A stretch of DNA of 64,000 nt, from positions 74,458 to 138,457 of the forward strand of contig JBFGLM010000006.1 in the NCBI GenBank assembly GCA_041576165.1, in the 5' to 3' direction. The stretch comes from Acidimicrobiia bacterium. Lineage in GTDB: Bacteria > Actinomycetota > Acidimicrobiia > Spongiisociales > Spongiisociaceae. The notes below the pieces were generated by a model that did not search any database, had not been told where the DNA came from, and was given only the letters and a program-made list of their open reading frames with translations. This document shows, in pieces, positions 37,580 to 46,601 of this stretch; positions within the stretch are counted from its first letter, which is position 1, and each line of letters opens with the position of its first letter. The position numbers and the translations under genes are program-made.

Positions 37580-38494
37580 GTCAGCCGGCCTCGCGTGACA
37601 GTCGTCGGAAGCGCCAACGTGGATCTGATCACCTACGCCCCGCGGATGCCCGGCGCCGGTGAGACCGTGTTCGGCGACCGTTTCCAGATGGGATTCGGCG
37701 GCAAGGGGGCTAATCAGGCGGTGATGTTGCAGCTGCTGGCGGCAGACGTGCAGATGGTGGCGTGTGTGGGCAACGACCTGTACGGACAGATGACGCTCGA
37801 CAACTTCGCGTCCTACGGCATAGACACGAGCCACGTCCTGGTGGCCGAGGACAGCACGGGAGTAGCGCCGATCTGGGTAGAACCCAATGGGACCAACCGC
37901 ATCATCGTGGTCCCCGGTGCCAACAACTCCCTCAGCCGAGCCCACGCAGCCGGAGCCGTCGCCGCCGGGCCCGCGCCGACCGTCGTTGTCGGCCAGCTCG
38001 AGACCGCCCAGCCGGTCACGACCGCTGCCTTCGAAGCCGGGCGGGCCCGGGGCGCGGTCACGATCCTGAATCCGGCACCCGCAGCGGCCATCGAACCCAG
38101 CTTGCTGTTCGCTACCGATTGGCTGATTCCCAACGAGATCGAGTTTGCGGAGCTCACCGGAGGGCAAGATCCCGCCGAAGACGCTGCTATCCATACGCTC
38201 GCCGTCGAGACGGCTTCCCGGATCTTGATCACACTCGGCGCCGAAGGCGCGGCACTGCTCACCGAGGATCGCAGAGTCGTCCGGATCCCGGCCGAGCCGG
38301 TTAAGGCAGCGGACACGACCGGTGCGGGTGACGCCTTTGTCGGCGGTTTCGCGTACGGACTGGCGGCCGGGTGGGATCCCATCCGGGCCGCCACCCTCGG
38401 AATCAGAGTTGCGTCGGACAGCGTGCAGCGGCCCGGTACCCAAGCGTCGTTTCCAGCCCCCGAGCCGTGCGCTCGTATCCTCCGCGAAATGTGA
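37580..38494 (+). CDS. rbsK: Ribokinase
   Basis: VVGSANVD, GGKGANQA, LNPAPA, PNEIE and DTTGAGDAF motifs. The first canonical start is GTG 37595, but the RBS points to an in-frame GTC at 37580. Confidence 0.9.
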   Translation, partial: VSRPRVTVVGSANVDLITYAPRMPGAGETVFGDRFQMGFGGKGANQAVMLQLLAADVQMVACVGNDLYGQMTLDNFASYGIDTSHVLVAEDSTGVAPIWVEPNGTNRIIVVPGANNSLSRAHAAGAVAAGPAPTVVVGQLETAQPVTTAAFEAGRARGAVTILNPAPAAAIEPSLLFATDWLIPNEIEFAELTGGQDPAEDAAIHTLAVETASRILITLGAEGAALLTEDRRVVRIPAEPVKAADTTGAGDAFVGGFAYGLAAGWDPIRAATLGIRVASDSVQRPGTQASFPAPEPCARILREM

Positions 38495-38497
38495 GCT

Positions 38498-39109
38498 TCA
38501 AGGCAAGCCCCGCTCCCACCGGTCGCCAACCGGGGTGTACCCGATCCGGGCCAGATACCGATTGTGGACGGCGACCCCCGGATCGGTGACGAAGCGCCGG
38601 ACCCCCTTCGACGTGAAGAATCCGGCGCCAGGGCCGTAGAGGTAGCGGCCGATCTTCAAATCGCGAAACCGGGGCGTGGCGTAATCGAGATCGACGTCCA
38701 GGGCAGACTCGGTCATCCGGCCGATCAGCAATCCGGCAGGAACCATGTCTCGCAAGACGAAGACCCGGATCTGGTTCTCCTGCGGCAGGTACCGAAACCC
38801 CGGCACAAGCCGCCTGATGTCCGCCGCGTAGAAGTCGAGGAACCTCCTGAGGTAGGCCGAATCGCCGTCGACCTCCAGCAGCGAGAAGGTGTCCTGCCGC
38901 CGGAGCAGCTTCACCAGAAAGATGACATTGATCCCGCTTATGAAGACGTTGAGTCCGGCCACCGGCCAGGCCTCGATCAGGACGGCATACACGACAAACG
39001 CCACGGAGCCTCCCAGGTTCAGTACCCGGAGCCGGAAGAGCGACGTCATCATCAGCGATACCGCGATGACGGCCGAGGCGGCATAACCGAATAGGTCCAA
39101 GAGGGTCAT
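38498..39109 (-). CDS. YgjV-like inner membrane protein with soluble C-terminal domain
   Basis: GYAASAVIAVSLMMTS..RLR..NL.GS N-terminal TMs, LDYATPRFRDLKIG. Confidence 0.75.
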   Translation of the reverse strand: MTLLDLFGYAASAVIAVSLMMTSLFRLRVLNLGGSVAFVVYAVLIEAWPVAGLNVFISGINVIFLVKLLRRQDTFSLLEVDGDSAYLRRFLDFYAADIRRLVPGFRYLPQENQIRVFVLRDMVPAGLLIGRMTESALDVDLDYATPRFRDLKIGRYLYGPGAGFFTSKGVRRFVTDPGVAVHNRYLARIGYTPVGDRWERGLP

Positions 39110-39153
39110 GCTTCAATCCTCGTCGGCCCGCGGCGGCAGCCGCAATCCGACCG

Positions 39154-40188
39154 TCAGCGGGCGGCCGCCACCAGCTCCGCAGCCATGTCGTCGGCCACCT
39201 CCGATGGAGGCCGCTGCTCTTTTTCCGATCTGCGAAGAATCTCCAGTACCCGGTCGAAGATATGGTCGAGTCGGGTCCGGATCTCGACCTCAGATTCCGA
39301 CGCGAGACCGAGGATCGGACCGGCTGCGCTGAGCATGCCGCCAGAATTGACGACATAGTCGGGCGCATACACGATGCCGCGCGCCGCCAAGCGGTGGCCG
39401 TCGGCAGGGTGCCGCAGCTGGTTGTTGGCGCAGCCCGCGACCACCCTCACGGTCAGTCGGGGGATCGTCTCCTCATTCAGCGATCCGCCCAATGCGCACG
39501 GCGCAAAGACGTCGGCTTCGACACCGTAGATGTCCTCCGGGGGGACCACGACGGCGCCGGTGTCGTTGGACACGGCCAGAAGCGTCTCCTCATCGACGTC
39601 CGCTACGAGCAGCTTTACACCCCTCCCGGCGAGTAGTCGGGCGATCTGTCCACCGACGTTGCCCACGCCCTGCAGCGCAACGGTGCGACCTTCGAGCGAC
39701 GGCGACCCGGTGGCGTGGAGCAGGGCCGCTTCCATCCCCCGCACCGTCCCGTACGCCGTGTAGGGCGACGGATCACCCGTCTCGACTCCGAACGTGTACG
39801 GGTTCGTCTCGGCGATCAGATGGACGCGGTCGAGGCCCACTCCGACGTCCTCCGCCGTCCAGTACCGACCGTCCAGTTCCGCCACACAGCGGCCGAATGC
39901 CCGGAGAAGTTCGGGTGGCACCTCACGGTGCGGATCACCGATGATCACCGACTTGCCCCCGCCCAGCGGCAAACCCGCCAGCGCGTTCTTGGCCGTCATC
40001 GCCTTCGACAGGCGCAAGACGTCGACCACGGCTTCCGACTCGTTGGAGTACGCCCACATCCGGCAACCGCCGGCGGCGGGCCCGAGCGCAGTGCTGTGGA
40101 CGGCGATGATGGCTTGCAGACCTGTCGCAGAGTCCGTGCAGAAGACAACTCGCTCATGCTGGTCGAATTCGGCGCTGGCGAACACCAT
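39154..40188 (-). CDS. Glu/Leu/Phe/Val dehydrogenase (leucine/valine dehydrogenase-like)
   Basis: HSTALGPAAGGCR, MTAK, GGGKSV, TAEDVG, GVGNVG, ANNQL and PDYVVNSGG motifs. Leaderless TACCCT-6nt-ATG. Confidence 0.93.
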   Translation of the reverse strand: MVFASAEFDQHERVVFCTDSATGLQAIIAVHSTALGPAAGGCRMWAYSNESEAVVDVLRLSKAMTAKNALAGLPLGGGKSVIIGDPHREVPPELLRAFGRCVAELDGRYWTAEDVGVGLDRVHLIAETNPYTFGVETGDPSPYTAYGTVRGMEAALLHATGSPSLEGRTVALQGVGNVGGQIARLLAGRGVKLLVADVDEETLLAVSNDTGAVVVPPEDIYGVEADVFAPCALGGSLNEETIPRLTVRVVAGCANNQLRHPADGHRLAARGIVYAPDYVVNSGGMLSAAGPILGLASESEVEIRTRLDHIFDRVLEILRRSEKEQRPPSEVADDMAAELVAAAR

Positions 40189-40365
40189 GGGATCAGGGTA
40201 CGCCCGCCCTATCGCTATTTGAAAGCACCGCCGACGCGGCGCCGCGGTCGCTCCGGAAGATGAGCCGGGTTCCCGGTCAACAGCAACGTCGATGTGGACG
40301 GGGCGGCCGTCGGCCGGACGAGCGTGACACCGATGGTGATGTGAGTGCCGAAACCTCGTTGCGGC

Positions 40366-40770
40366 TCAGCTCTTCGCCGGTTCCCGCCGGTGATATTCCT
40401 CGTCGCTCACCTTGCGGGGGTGCCACTGAGTGGCACCGCCGGTGGTCAGCGACAGGTGCATCATGGGGGTGTCGGGCTTGGCACCGTGCCAGTGCACCTC
40501 CCCGGGCGGGCTGTACACGACATCCCCGTCGGAGATCTCGACCGTCTCTCCCTCGAGTGTTTGCACCAGGCCCTCGCCCCCAACCACATACAGCACCTGT
40601 CCCTCCGGGTGGGTGTGCCAGTCGGTGCGGGCGCCCGGCTCAAAGTGCACGCCCAGCACGTTCAAGCCGTCTTCTTGCTTGTGGCTCATATGGGCGAACT
40701 TGACGTTCCCGGTGAAATTCTCAGCGGGCGCATCGATCCATACGTGATCCTGCGCGCGGGTGTGCTCCAC
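40366..40770 (-). CDS. Cupin domain protein
   Basis: FEPGARTDWHTHPEGQ and PGEVHWHGA motifs. RBS GAGGAG before GTG 40770. Confidence 0.9.
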   Translation of the reverse strand: MEHTRAQDHVWIDAPAENFTGNVKFAHMSHKQEDGLNVLGVHFEPGARTDWHTHPEGQVLYVVGGEGLVQTLEGETVEISDGDVVYSPPGEVHWHGAKPDTPMMHLSLTTGGATQWHPRKVSDEEYHRREPAKS

Positions 40771-40892
40771 GGTGACTCCTCGACTGATCGCAACCCCGAA
40801 CGTAGCGCAACGGGAAAAGCCCTGTCTCGCGCTCCCGCCTGTTTTTTCGCGGCAGCAACCCGCCATCTTCGCCCGTCGCCGGACCCGAACGA

Positions 40893-42188
40893 TCAGCCGG
40901 AACGCAGCCCCTCGCCCTCGCCGAGAAGCCCGATCAGCGCGTCGACCGCCCGGTCGAGCCGTTCAAACCCGTGCGCCGCCACGGTGATCCGGATGCCGGG
41001 ACCAGCTTTGAGGCGGAAAGCGAAGCCGCCCCGCACCGCAAACCCTCGCTCGCGCATCCCGGCGACGACGAGTGCCTCGTCGGCAACGGGGACCCAGACG
41101 TTGAGGCCCGAGCGACCGTGGGCGGTAACGCCGGCAGCCGCCAACCGGGCGATCACTCGCTCACGCCGAGCGGCATACGCCGCAGCCGCGTCGGTGAGGA
41201 GAGAGCTTGCCGCCGGATCTGTCAGCAGATGGGCCACGGCCCGTTGGAGGTGATGGCTCACCCAGCCCGGCCCCACCCGTTGGCGACCGAGCAGACGATG
41301 ACGTGTTGTCGGGTCCGACGCCACCAGCGCCACCCGCAAATCCGGCCCAAGCTCTTTCGCGGCGCTGCGAAGGTAGGCCCACCGGGGTCGGGACGCATCG
41401 ATGACCGAATACAGCGGGGCCCCGCTGACGCGTCCGGCATGGTCGTCCTCGATCACTACTACCGACTCATGACGCGCCAGCGCCTCCCGGAGACGATCGG
41501 CCCGGGCCGAAGAGACAGTGCTACCTCGGGGGTTCTGGGCGCGGGGCGTCAGCACCACCGCCTGCACTCCCGACCGCAGAGCCGCTTCGAACTGGTCGGG
41601 CAGCGGGCCGTCGTCATCGTGGTCGACCGGCACCGGCATCAGGCTGAGGACGGTCAACAGCTCGAGCACCGACGCGTACGCCGGGTCTTCGACTGCGACC
41701 CGGTCGCCCGGCCGCAGATGTGCCGCGAGCACTCGCTCCATACCATCAAGCGCACCGGACACCACCATCGGCGGCTCGGCCCCGAAGCTGTCCTGCGCGA
41801 TCCAGGCGGCGGCCGCCTCGGCCAATGTCGGATCGGTCGGAGGAGCCCCGTACAGCACAAGCGGCGCGTCCGCAGTCAGCGCGCCGCTTGGATCGGGGAG
41901 AAACGCCGGATCGGGGTTACCGGTGGACAGGTCCACGACTCCGGCGGGCACCGGCACCATGGAGGCGGCCGGTAACGGAGGTCGGGCGGTCACGAAGGTC
42001 CCGGAGCGGCCGCGCCCGATCACGATGCCCCTCCCCTGCAACGTCCGGTAAGCCGCCGCAACCGTGTTCGGCGCCAGACCGACCTGGTGGGCCAGCGTTC
42101 GGACCGGCGGCAGACGATCACCCGGCCGGAGCACTCCGTCCGCCACCCGGCGCTCGATTTCCAAAACCACGTCCGCCGCTGATCTCAC
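40893..42188 (-). CDS. MocR-subfamily GntR regulator (wHTH + PLP aminotransferase-like domain)
   Basis: LPPVRTLA...PNTVAAAY..L, PRAQNP.G, EDDH and SAAKELGPDLR motifs. Start approximate. Confidence 0.9.
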   Translation of the reverse strand: MRSAADVVLEIERRVADGVLRPGDRLPPVRTLAHQVGLAPNTVAAAYRTLQGRGIVIGRGRSGTFVTARPPLPAASMVPVPAGVVDLSTGNPDPAFLPDPSGALTADAPLVLYGAPPTDPTLAEAAAAWIAQDSFGAEPPMVVSGALDGMERVLAAHLRPGDRVAVEDPAYASVLELLTVLSLMPVPVDHDDDGPLPDQFEAALRSGVQAVVLTPRAQNPRGSTVSSARADRLREALARHESVVVIEDDHAGRVSGAPLYSVIDASRPRWAYLRSAAKELGPDLRVALVASDPTTRHRLLGRQRVGPGWVSHHLQRAVAHLLTDPAASSLLTDAAAAYAARRERVIARLAAAGVTAHGRSGLNVWVPVADEALVVAGMRERGFAVRGGFAFRLKAGPGIRITVAAHGFERLDRAVDALIGLLGEGEGLRSG

Positions 42189-42198
42189 GCTGCTAGCC

Positions 42199-42236
42199 TT
42201 TGCATTGGCACAATCCAGATTTTGTACTGGTACATT
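42199..42236. promoter_or_regulatory. Paired operator-like repeats for the MocR regulator
   Basis: TTTGCATTGGCACAAT (42199) and TTTGTACTGGTACATT (42221), 22 bp apart in the AT-rich divergent gap. Confidence 0.55.
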
Positions 42237-42254
42237 AACAGATAGGACGGCGCG

Positions 42255-42920
42255 ATGTCGGCGACCTTCGAAACCGAGCGCACCCGGCTCCGACGCCTCC
42301 CGGAGCGCGGTACGTTCGACCGGACCACGATCAACGGCATTCTGGACGAGGCCTTGATGTGCCATCTGGCCGTCATCCATGACGGAGGGCCGGTGGTGAT
42401 GCCCATGCTCTTTGGACGAGACGGGGACGATCTCATTCTGCATGGTTCGCCGGCCTCGCGGACGCTGCGGGCGGCCGCCGAGCCCGTAGACGTATGCGTC
42501 AATGTGACCTTGGTAGATGGGATCGTGGTGGCTCGATCAGGGTTCCACAGCTCGATGAACTACCGATCGGTCACGATCTTCGGGCAAGCGCACCGCGTGA
42601 CCGACCTCGAGGAGAAGCGCCGTCTGCTGGGGGTGATCGTTGATCACGTTCTGCCGGGTCGAAACGGAACCGCCCGGCCGATGACGGCCACGGAGATCAA
42701 AGGCACCACTGTGCTGCGGCTACCAATCCAAGAGGCAAGCGCCAAGGTTCGGACCGGCTGGCCGCACGACGACGAAGAGGATTACGAGCTTCCGATTTGG
42801 GCGGGCGTGATCCCCGTGAGCACCCAGTACGCACCGCCGGTGGCCGATCCCCACCTCCGTTTTGAAGTTCCAATGCCGGCCGAGATTGCCGCCTACGAGC
42901 GACCAGGAGAAAAGACATGA
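42255..42920 (+). CDS. Pyridoxamine 5'-phosphate oxidase-like (NimA-type) flavin-binding protein
   Basis: LHGS.ASR, TLVDG.V.ARSGFHSSMNYRSV, SAKVRTG and WAGVIP motifs. Confidence 0.9.
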   Translation: MSATFETERTRLRRLPERGTFDRTTINGILDEALMCHLAVIHDGGPVVMPMLFGRDGDDLILHGSPASRTLRAAAEPVDVCVNVTLVDGIVVARSGFHSSMNYRSVTIFGQAHRVTDLEEKRRLLGVIVDHVLPGRNGTARPMTATEIKGTTVLRLPIQEASAKVRTGWPHDDEEDYELPIWAGVIPVSTQYAPPVADPHLRFEVPMPAEIAAYERPGEKT

Positions 42921-43294
42921 GCGTCGGAGAGTTCGCTACCCCGGCCGAGACGGCCGCCCACTATGCGCGCCGCCTATCGCTGGAAACAGACTGCGCCGAC
43001 GTGCACACCGCCATGCAGCGAGGCCAACCCGGGTTCGTCTTGATCGACACCCGGTCGCCCGATGCATACGCCGTGCGCCACCTGCCCGGGGCGATTTCGC
43101 TTCCCACTGCGCAGATCACTGCCGACCGGTTGGCCGAGTTCCCGCCCGGAAGTCGTTTCGTGACGTATTGCTGGGGCCCACATTGCAATGGTGCCTGCAA
43201 GGCGGCCGCCACCATCGCCAGCCTCGGTTATCCGGCCAAAGAGATGCTCGGGGGCATGTGGGGATGGGAGATGGAGGGCTACGCCTTCGCCTGA
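42917..43294 (+). CDS. Rhodanese-like domain protein
   Basis: IDTRS...Y...HLPGA, YCWGPHCNG and GGM.GW..EG motifs. ATGA overlap. Confidence 0.9.
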   Translation: MSVGEFATPAETAAHYARRLSLETDCADVHTAMQRGQPGFVLIDTRSPDAYAVRHLPGAISLPTAQITADRLAEFPPGSRFVTYCWGPHCNGACKAAATIASLGYPAKEMLGGMWGWEMEGYAFA

Positions 43295-43366
43295 CCCGGA
43301 CGGCTGTCGCGATTCGTTCGCCGGGTTGCCGGCGCTGAGATTGGCCGGCTGTGGGATCATCGCCCC

Positions 43367-44152
43367 GTGAAAGGCATCCTGTCCAGGCTCCTCGTCCTCG
43401 GTCTCACGATCGCGTCCTGCACCTCTCGGTCCGAGGCGACGCCGATCGCGATGCCCGACTGGGATCAGGCGATTGCCGCCACCAGGCAGATCGCCCCGGT
43501 CCAGTTGACGGTTGAAGTTCTCCTCGAGGTGAATGAGCAACCGGCTGGAGGGACTGCCCTCACCGGGGTGGCGGACTGGGAGCGACTCCTGGCCGACCTG
43601 ACCCCGTACGAGCCGATCACCAACACCCCGCTTTCCCGCGTCATCCTCAACGGCGACACCAGCTACGTGCTGAGCTCCCACGACGCGTTCCTCGCCGCGC
43701 TCCCCGCGGGAAGAGAAATAGTGTCTCTTCCCACCGGCGAGCTCGTCGCCGCCGGCCTCGTGTCGGACGAGGTCGAGGCCGTGACCGGAGTGCTCGGGTT
43801 GTTGCGCGGTGCGACCAGCGCCGCCCGCCAGCCAGATGGAGACATCGAAGTGCAAATCGACCTCGGGCTGGCTCTGGACCGGATGTCGGACACAGAACTT
43901 CGGGGCATCCGCGTCGATCTCTCCGGGATCGAACCGACAGCGGCTTTCGGCGAGCTTCGGTTGCGCGACGACCAGACCATCGAACGGTTCATGGTCCGCA
44001 TCGAGGCGGATCGCAACGGCGACGAATATCTCTTGAATGGGACCTCTGAATTCGCTCCCGTCGACACTCCCCTGACATTCGAGCCACCACCGGCAGACAA
44101 GGTGGTCGACATCGACGACGTACCACGGGTGCGGGCGCTGCTGACTCCCTGA
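43367..44152 (+). CDS. Hypothetical lipoprotein
   Basis: Lipobox-like IASC, C-terminal EPPPADKVV reminiscent of LppX/LprAFG-like folds. Confidence 0.65.
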   Translation: MKGILSRLLVLGLTIASCTSRSEATPIAMPDWDQAIAATRQIAPVQLTVEVLLEVNEQPAGGTALTGVADWERLLADLTPYEPITNTPLSRVILNGDTSYVLSSHDAFLAALPAGREIVSLPTGELVAAGLVSDEVEAVTGVLGLLRGATSAARQPDGDIEVQIDLGLALDRMSDTELRGIRVDLSGIEPTAAFGELRLRDDQTIERFMVRIEADRNGDEYLLNGTSEFAPVDTPLTFEPPPADKVVDIDDVPRVRALLTP

Positions 44153-44285
44153 GGTTGGGGGCGCGCCGCCGGACGGCGACGGCCCATCGACCCGAACGTC
44201 CCCAAAACCAGGCTCCAGTTCACCGCCCCAGCGGCCGATTCAGAGACTAAGTGGGCGAACATGGCAAAACTTGGGTGAGTGACAC

Positions 44286-46307
44286 GTGACTACCTCGCGG
44301 CTCAACAAGGCGCAGCCGGTTGCCGGACATGGAGACGACGCAGCGAATACCCGCCAGGGTCGGCTCGCGGGCTCCGTCGTCGGTATGGATACCGCCATCC
44401 GCCGGATCTGGCTCCTGAACGCGATCTTGATCGGCGCGGCGGCGATGCTTGCGCCTGTATTCAGCGGGGTAGTCCCGCCGATCCGTGGACGCGCGATTCC
44501 CTTCCTGCTATTGGCGGCGGCATTCTCGGCCGCAGAGCTGGCCGCAGTGCACCTGCGGTTCCGAGAGAACGCCCACTCCTTCTCCATGAGCGATGTCCCG
44601 ATGGTTGTGAGCTTCTTCTTTGTGCCTCCGCTGGTCGCGGTGGCGGCGCAAGCGATCGGCAACCTGGTCGCTCTGGTCGGTTTCCGACGTCTCCCGGCCA
44701 TAAAAGTCACCTTCAACCTGGGCCAGTTCGCCCTCCAGACCATGGTCGGAGCGTTGGTGTTCTACACGATCCTTGATGGCGCGGATCCCCTCGGCTGGCG
44801 GGGTTGGATCGCCGCCTTTGCGTCCGCCATGGCGGCCCTCATCGTGGCCGACACGCTCATCAACATGGTGATACAGCTGAGCGGCGGCGAGGTGAGCGGC
44901 GCCGCCATGCTCGAGGTGCTGGGCCTGTCGAGTGTGGCCGCGGCGATGAACGTGACGCTGGCGCTGGCCGCCGTCATCCTCGTAGCGGTGGATCCCGGAT
45001 ACTGGTGGATTGCCGTTATCACGCCGGTGCTGCTGTACACGGCCTACCACGCCTACGTTCGCCAGCGCGAGGAAGGGATACGCATCCGTGGTCTGCTGCA
45101 AGCCACCGATGCGCTTCACCGCGCACCCGACGTCGAGGATGCCATCGTGTCCGCCACCCACGAGACGGTCAGACTGCTCGACGCCGAGACCGGTCTGACG
45201 GTTGTGTACATGGAAGAGGCGTCCGGCGCGTTTGTCACCGCCGTTGGGCCGGACGGTGAGCAGTACCGCATGCGCCAGATCACGGTACCTCCCGGATTCA
45301 ACGAGATCGTCCCCGAGACCGGCGTCACCCTCAACCCGAACGACCTCGACGACCTGGGGATTGGTTCTCTCATCGAGTCCCCAGTGACCGGAGCCGTGGG
45401 CGCGTTGCTGGTCATCGATGACGACACGCCGGTCGGCTACATAGTGGCCTGCAACCGAGTGGGCGACATATCCAGTTTCGGCAGCCATGAGGCCGAGGTT
45501 CTGGCCGCACTGGCCACCCAGTTGAGCGTGTCTCTCCAGAACGGTCGGCTGGCCGAATCTCTGGCCGCGGCTACGACCGCCAACGCGGTGCTGGAGGACC
45601 TGGTGCAGTCCAAGGACCAGTTCGTCGCCTCGGTGAGCCACGAGCTACGCACGCCCCTCACCGGCGTCGTCGGTCTGGCCCGCGAGCTGAACGAAAACCT
45701 CGAAGCCTTCGACGTGGGTGAAATCAAAGAGGTGATTGCCATGATCGCCGACCAGGGTGCGGAGCTGGCAAACATCATCGAGGACCTCCTCGTGGCAGCT
45801 CGCGCCGACATCGGGACACTTTCCATTGCGCCCCGAGAAATGGATCTGTCGATGGAGCTCCAGGCGATCATTCAGACCCAGGCGCGCGCCCAAGGACGGG
45901 ACGCCATCGAGATCCAGGGCACCGCCCCTCGCGTCTGGGCGGACAGCCTCCGGCTGCGCCAGATCATCCGCAATCTGCTGACCAACGCCGCCCGCTACGG
46001 CGGAGAGAACGTGTGGATCGAACTCTCCACGACCGCCACTCATTGCTCGATCTCGGTGATGGATGACGGTGACGGGGTGCCACCCGAGAAACAGCAGACG
46101 ATCTTTGAGGCGTACGAATCCGCTCACGAACCCGGCTCCCAGCCGGGGTCCTTCGGACTGGGCCTCTCGGTCGCTCGCAAGATCGCCGAGATGGGCGGTG
46201 GTGGGTTGACCTACCACCGCGTCAACGGCAACACCGCCTTCCGGCTGAACGTCCCACTCCGCCCGATCAGCCGCGCCGCCTACGGCGACGCCTGGGTGGA
46301 ACACTGA
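44286..46307 (+). CDS. Membrane sensor histidine kinase (multi-TM domain, GAF-like domain, HisKA, HATPase)
   Basis: SHELRTPL, NLLTNA, DDGDG and GLGL motifs, about 7 N-terminal TMs. No adjacent response regulator. Start may be ATG 44385. Confidence 0.9.
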   Translation: MTTSRLNKAQPVAGHGDDAANTRQGRLAGSVVGMDTAIRRIWLLNAILIGAAAMLAPVFSGVVPPIRGRAIPFLLLAAAFSAAELAAVHLRFRENAHSFSMSDVPMVVSFFFVPPLVAVAAQAIGNLVALVGFRRLPAIKVTFNLGQFALQTMVGALVFYTILDGADPLGWRGWIAAFASAMAALIVADTLINMVIQLSGGEVSGAAMLEVLGLSSVAAAMNVTLALAAVILVAVDPGYWWIAVITPVLLYTAYHAYVRQREEGIRIRGLLQATDALHRAPDVEDAIVSATHETVRLLDAETGLTVVYMEEASGAFVTAVGPDGEQYRMRQITVPPGFNEIVPETGVTLNPNDLDDLGIGSLIESPVTGAVGALLVIDDDTPVGYIVACNRVGDISSFGSHEAEVLAALATQLSVSLQNGRLAESLAAATTANAVLEDLVQSKDQFVASVSHELRTPLTGVVGLARELNENLEAFDVGEIKEVIAMIADQGAELANIIEDLLVAARADIGTLSIAPREMDLSMELQAIIQTQARAQGRDAIEIQGTAPRVWADSLRLRQIIRNLLTNAARYGGENVWIELSTTATHCSISVMDDGDGVPPEKQQTIFEAYESAHEPGSQPGSFGLGLSVARKIAEMGGGGLTYHRVNGNTAFRLNVPLRPISRAAYGDAWVEH

Positions 46308-46367
46308 GCACGCACCCGGCCGGGGCGCGTCGCTCGCCACCGAGTGCTTCACCAACTTCACACCGCT

Positions 46368-46548
46368 GATAGCGTCACTCACCATGGCGGCCCGAGCAGA
46401 CCCCTACGAGCTACGCACATTCGTCACAGGCGTTCCCCACCAGCAGCCCGCCCGGTTACGCGCGGAGGAACCCACTGCCTTCGACGAAACGCTTCGGTTG
46501 CACACGCCGGTTGCCCAACTCCGGCAGAACGTCCACAGTGACGCTATC
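46368..46548. repeat. 181-nt intergenic element bounded by 12-bp perfect inverted repeats
   Basis: GATAGCGTCACT (46368-46379) and AGTGACGCTATC (46537-46548), with further nested complementary blocks inside. Confidence 0.55.
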
Positions 46549-46601
46549 CCGGCTCACCCGTCGTCGACCTCGCCGGCGAACTCCGCTGCGGTGTTCTGAA
46601 G

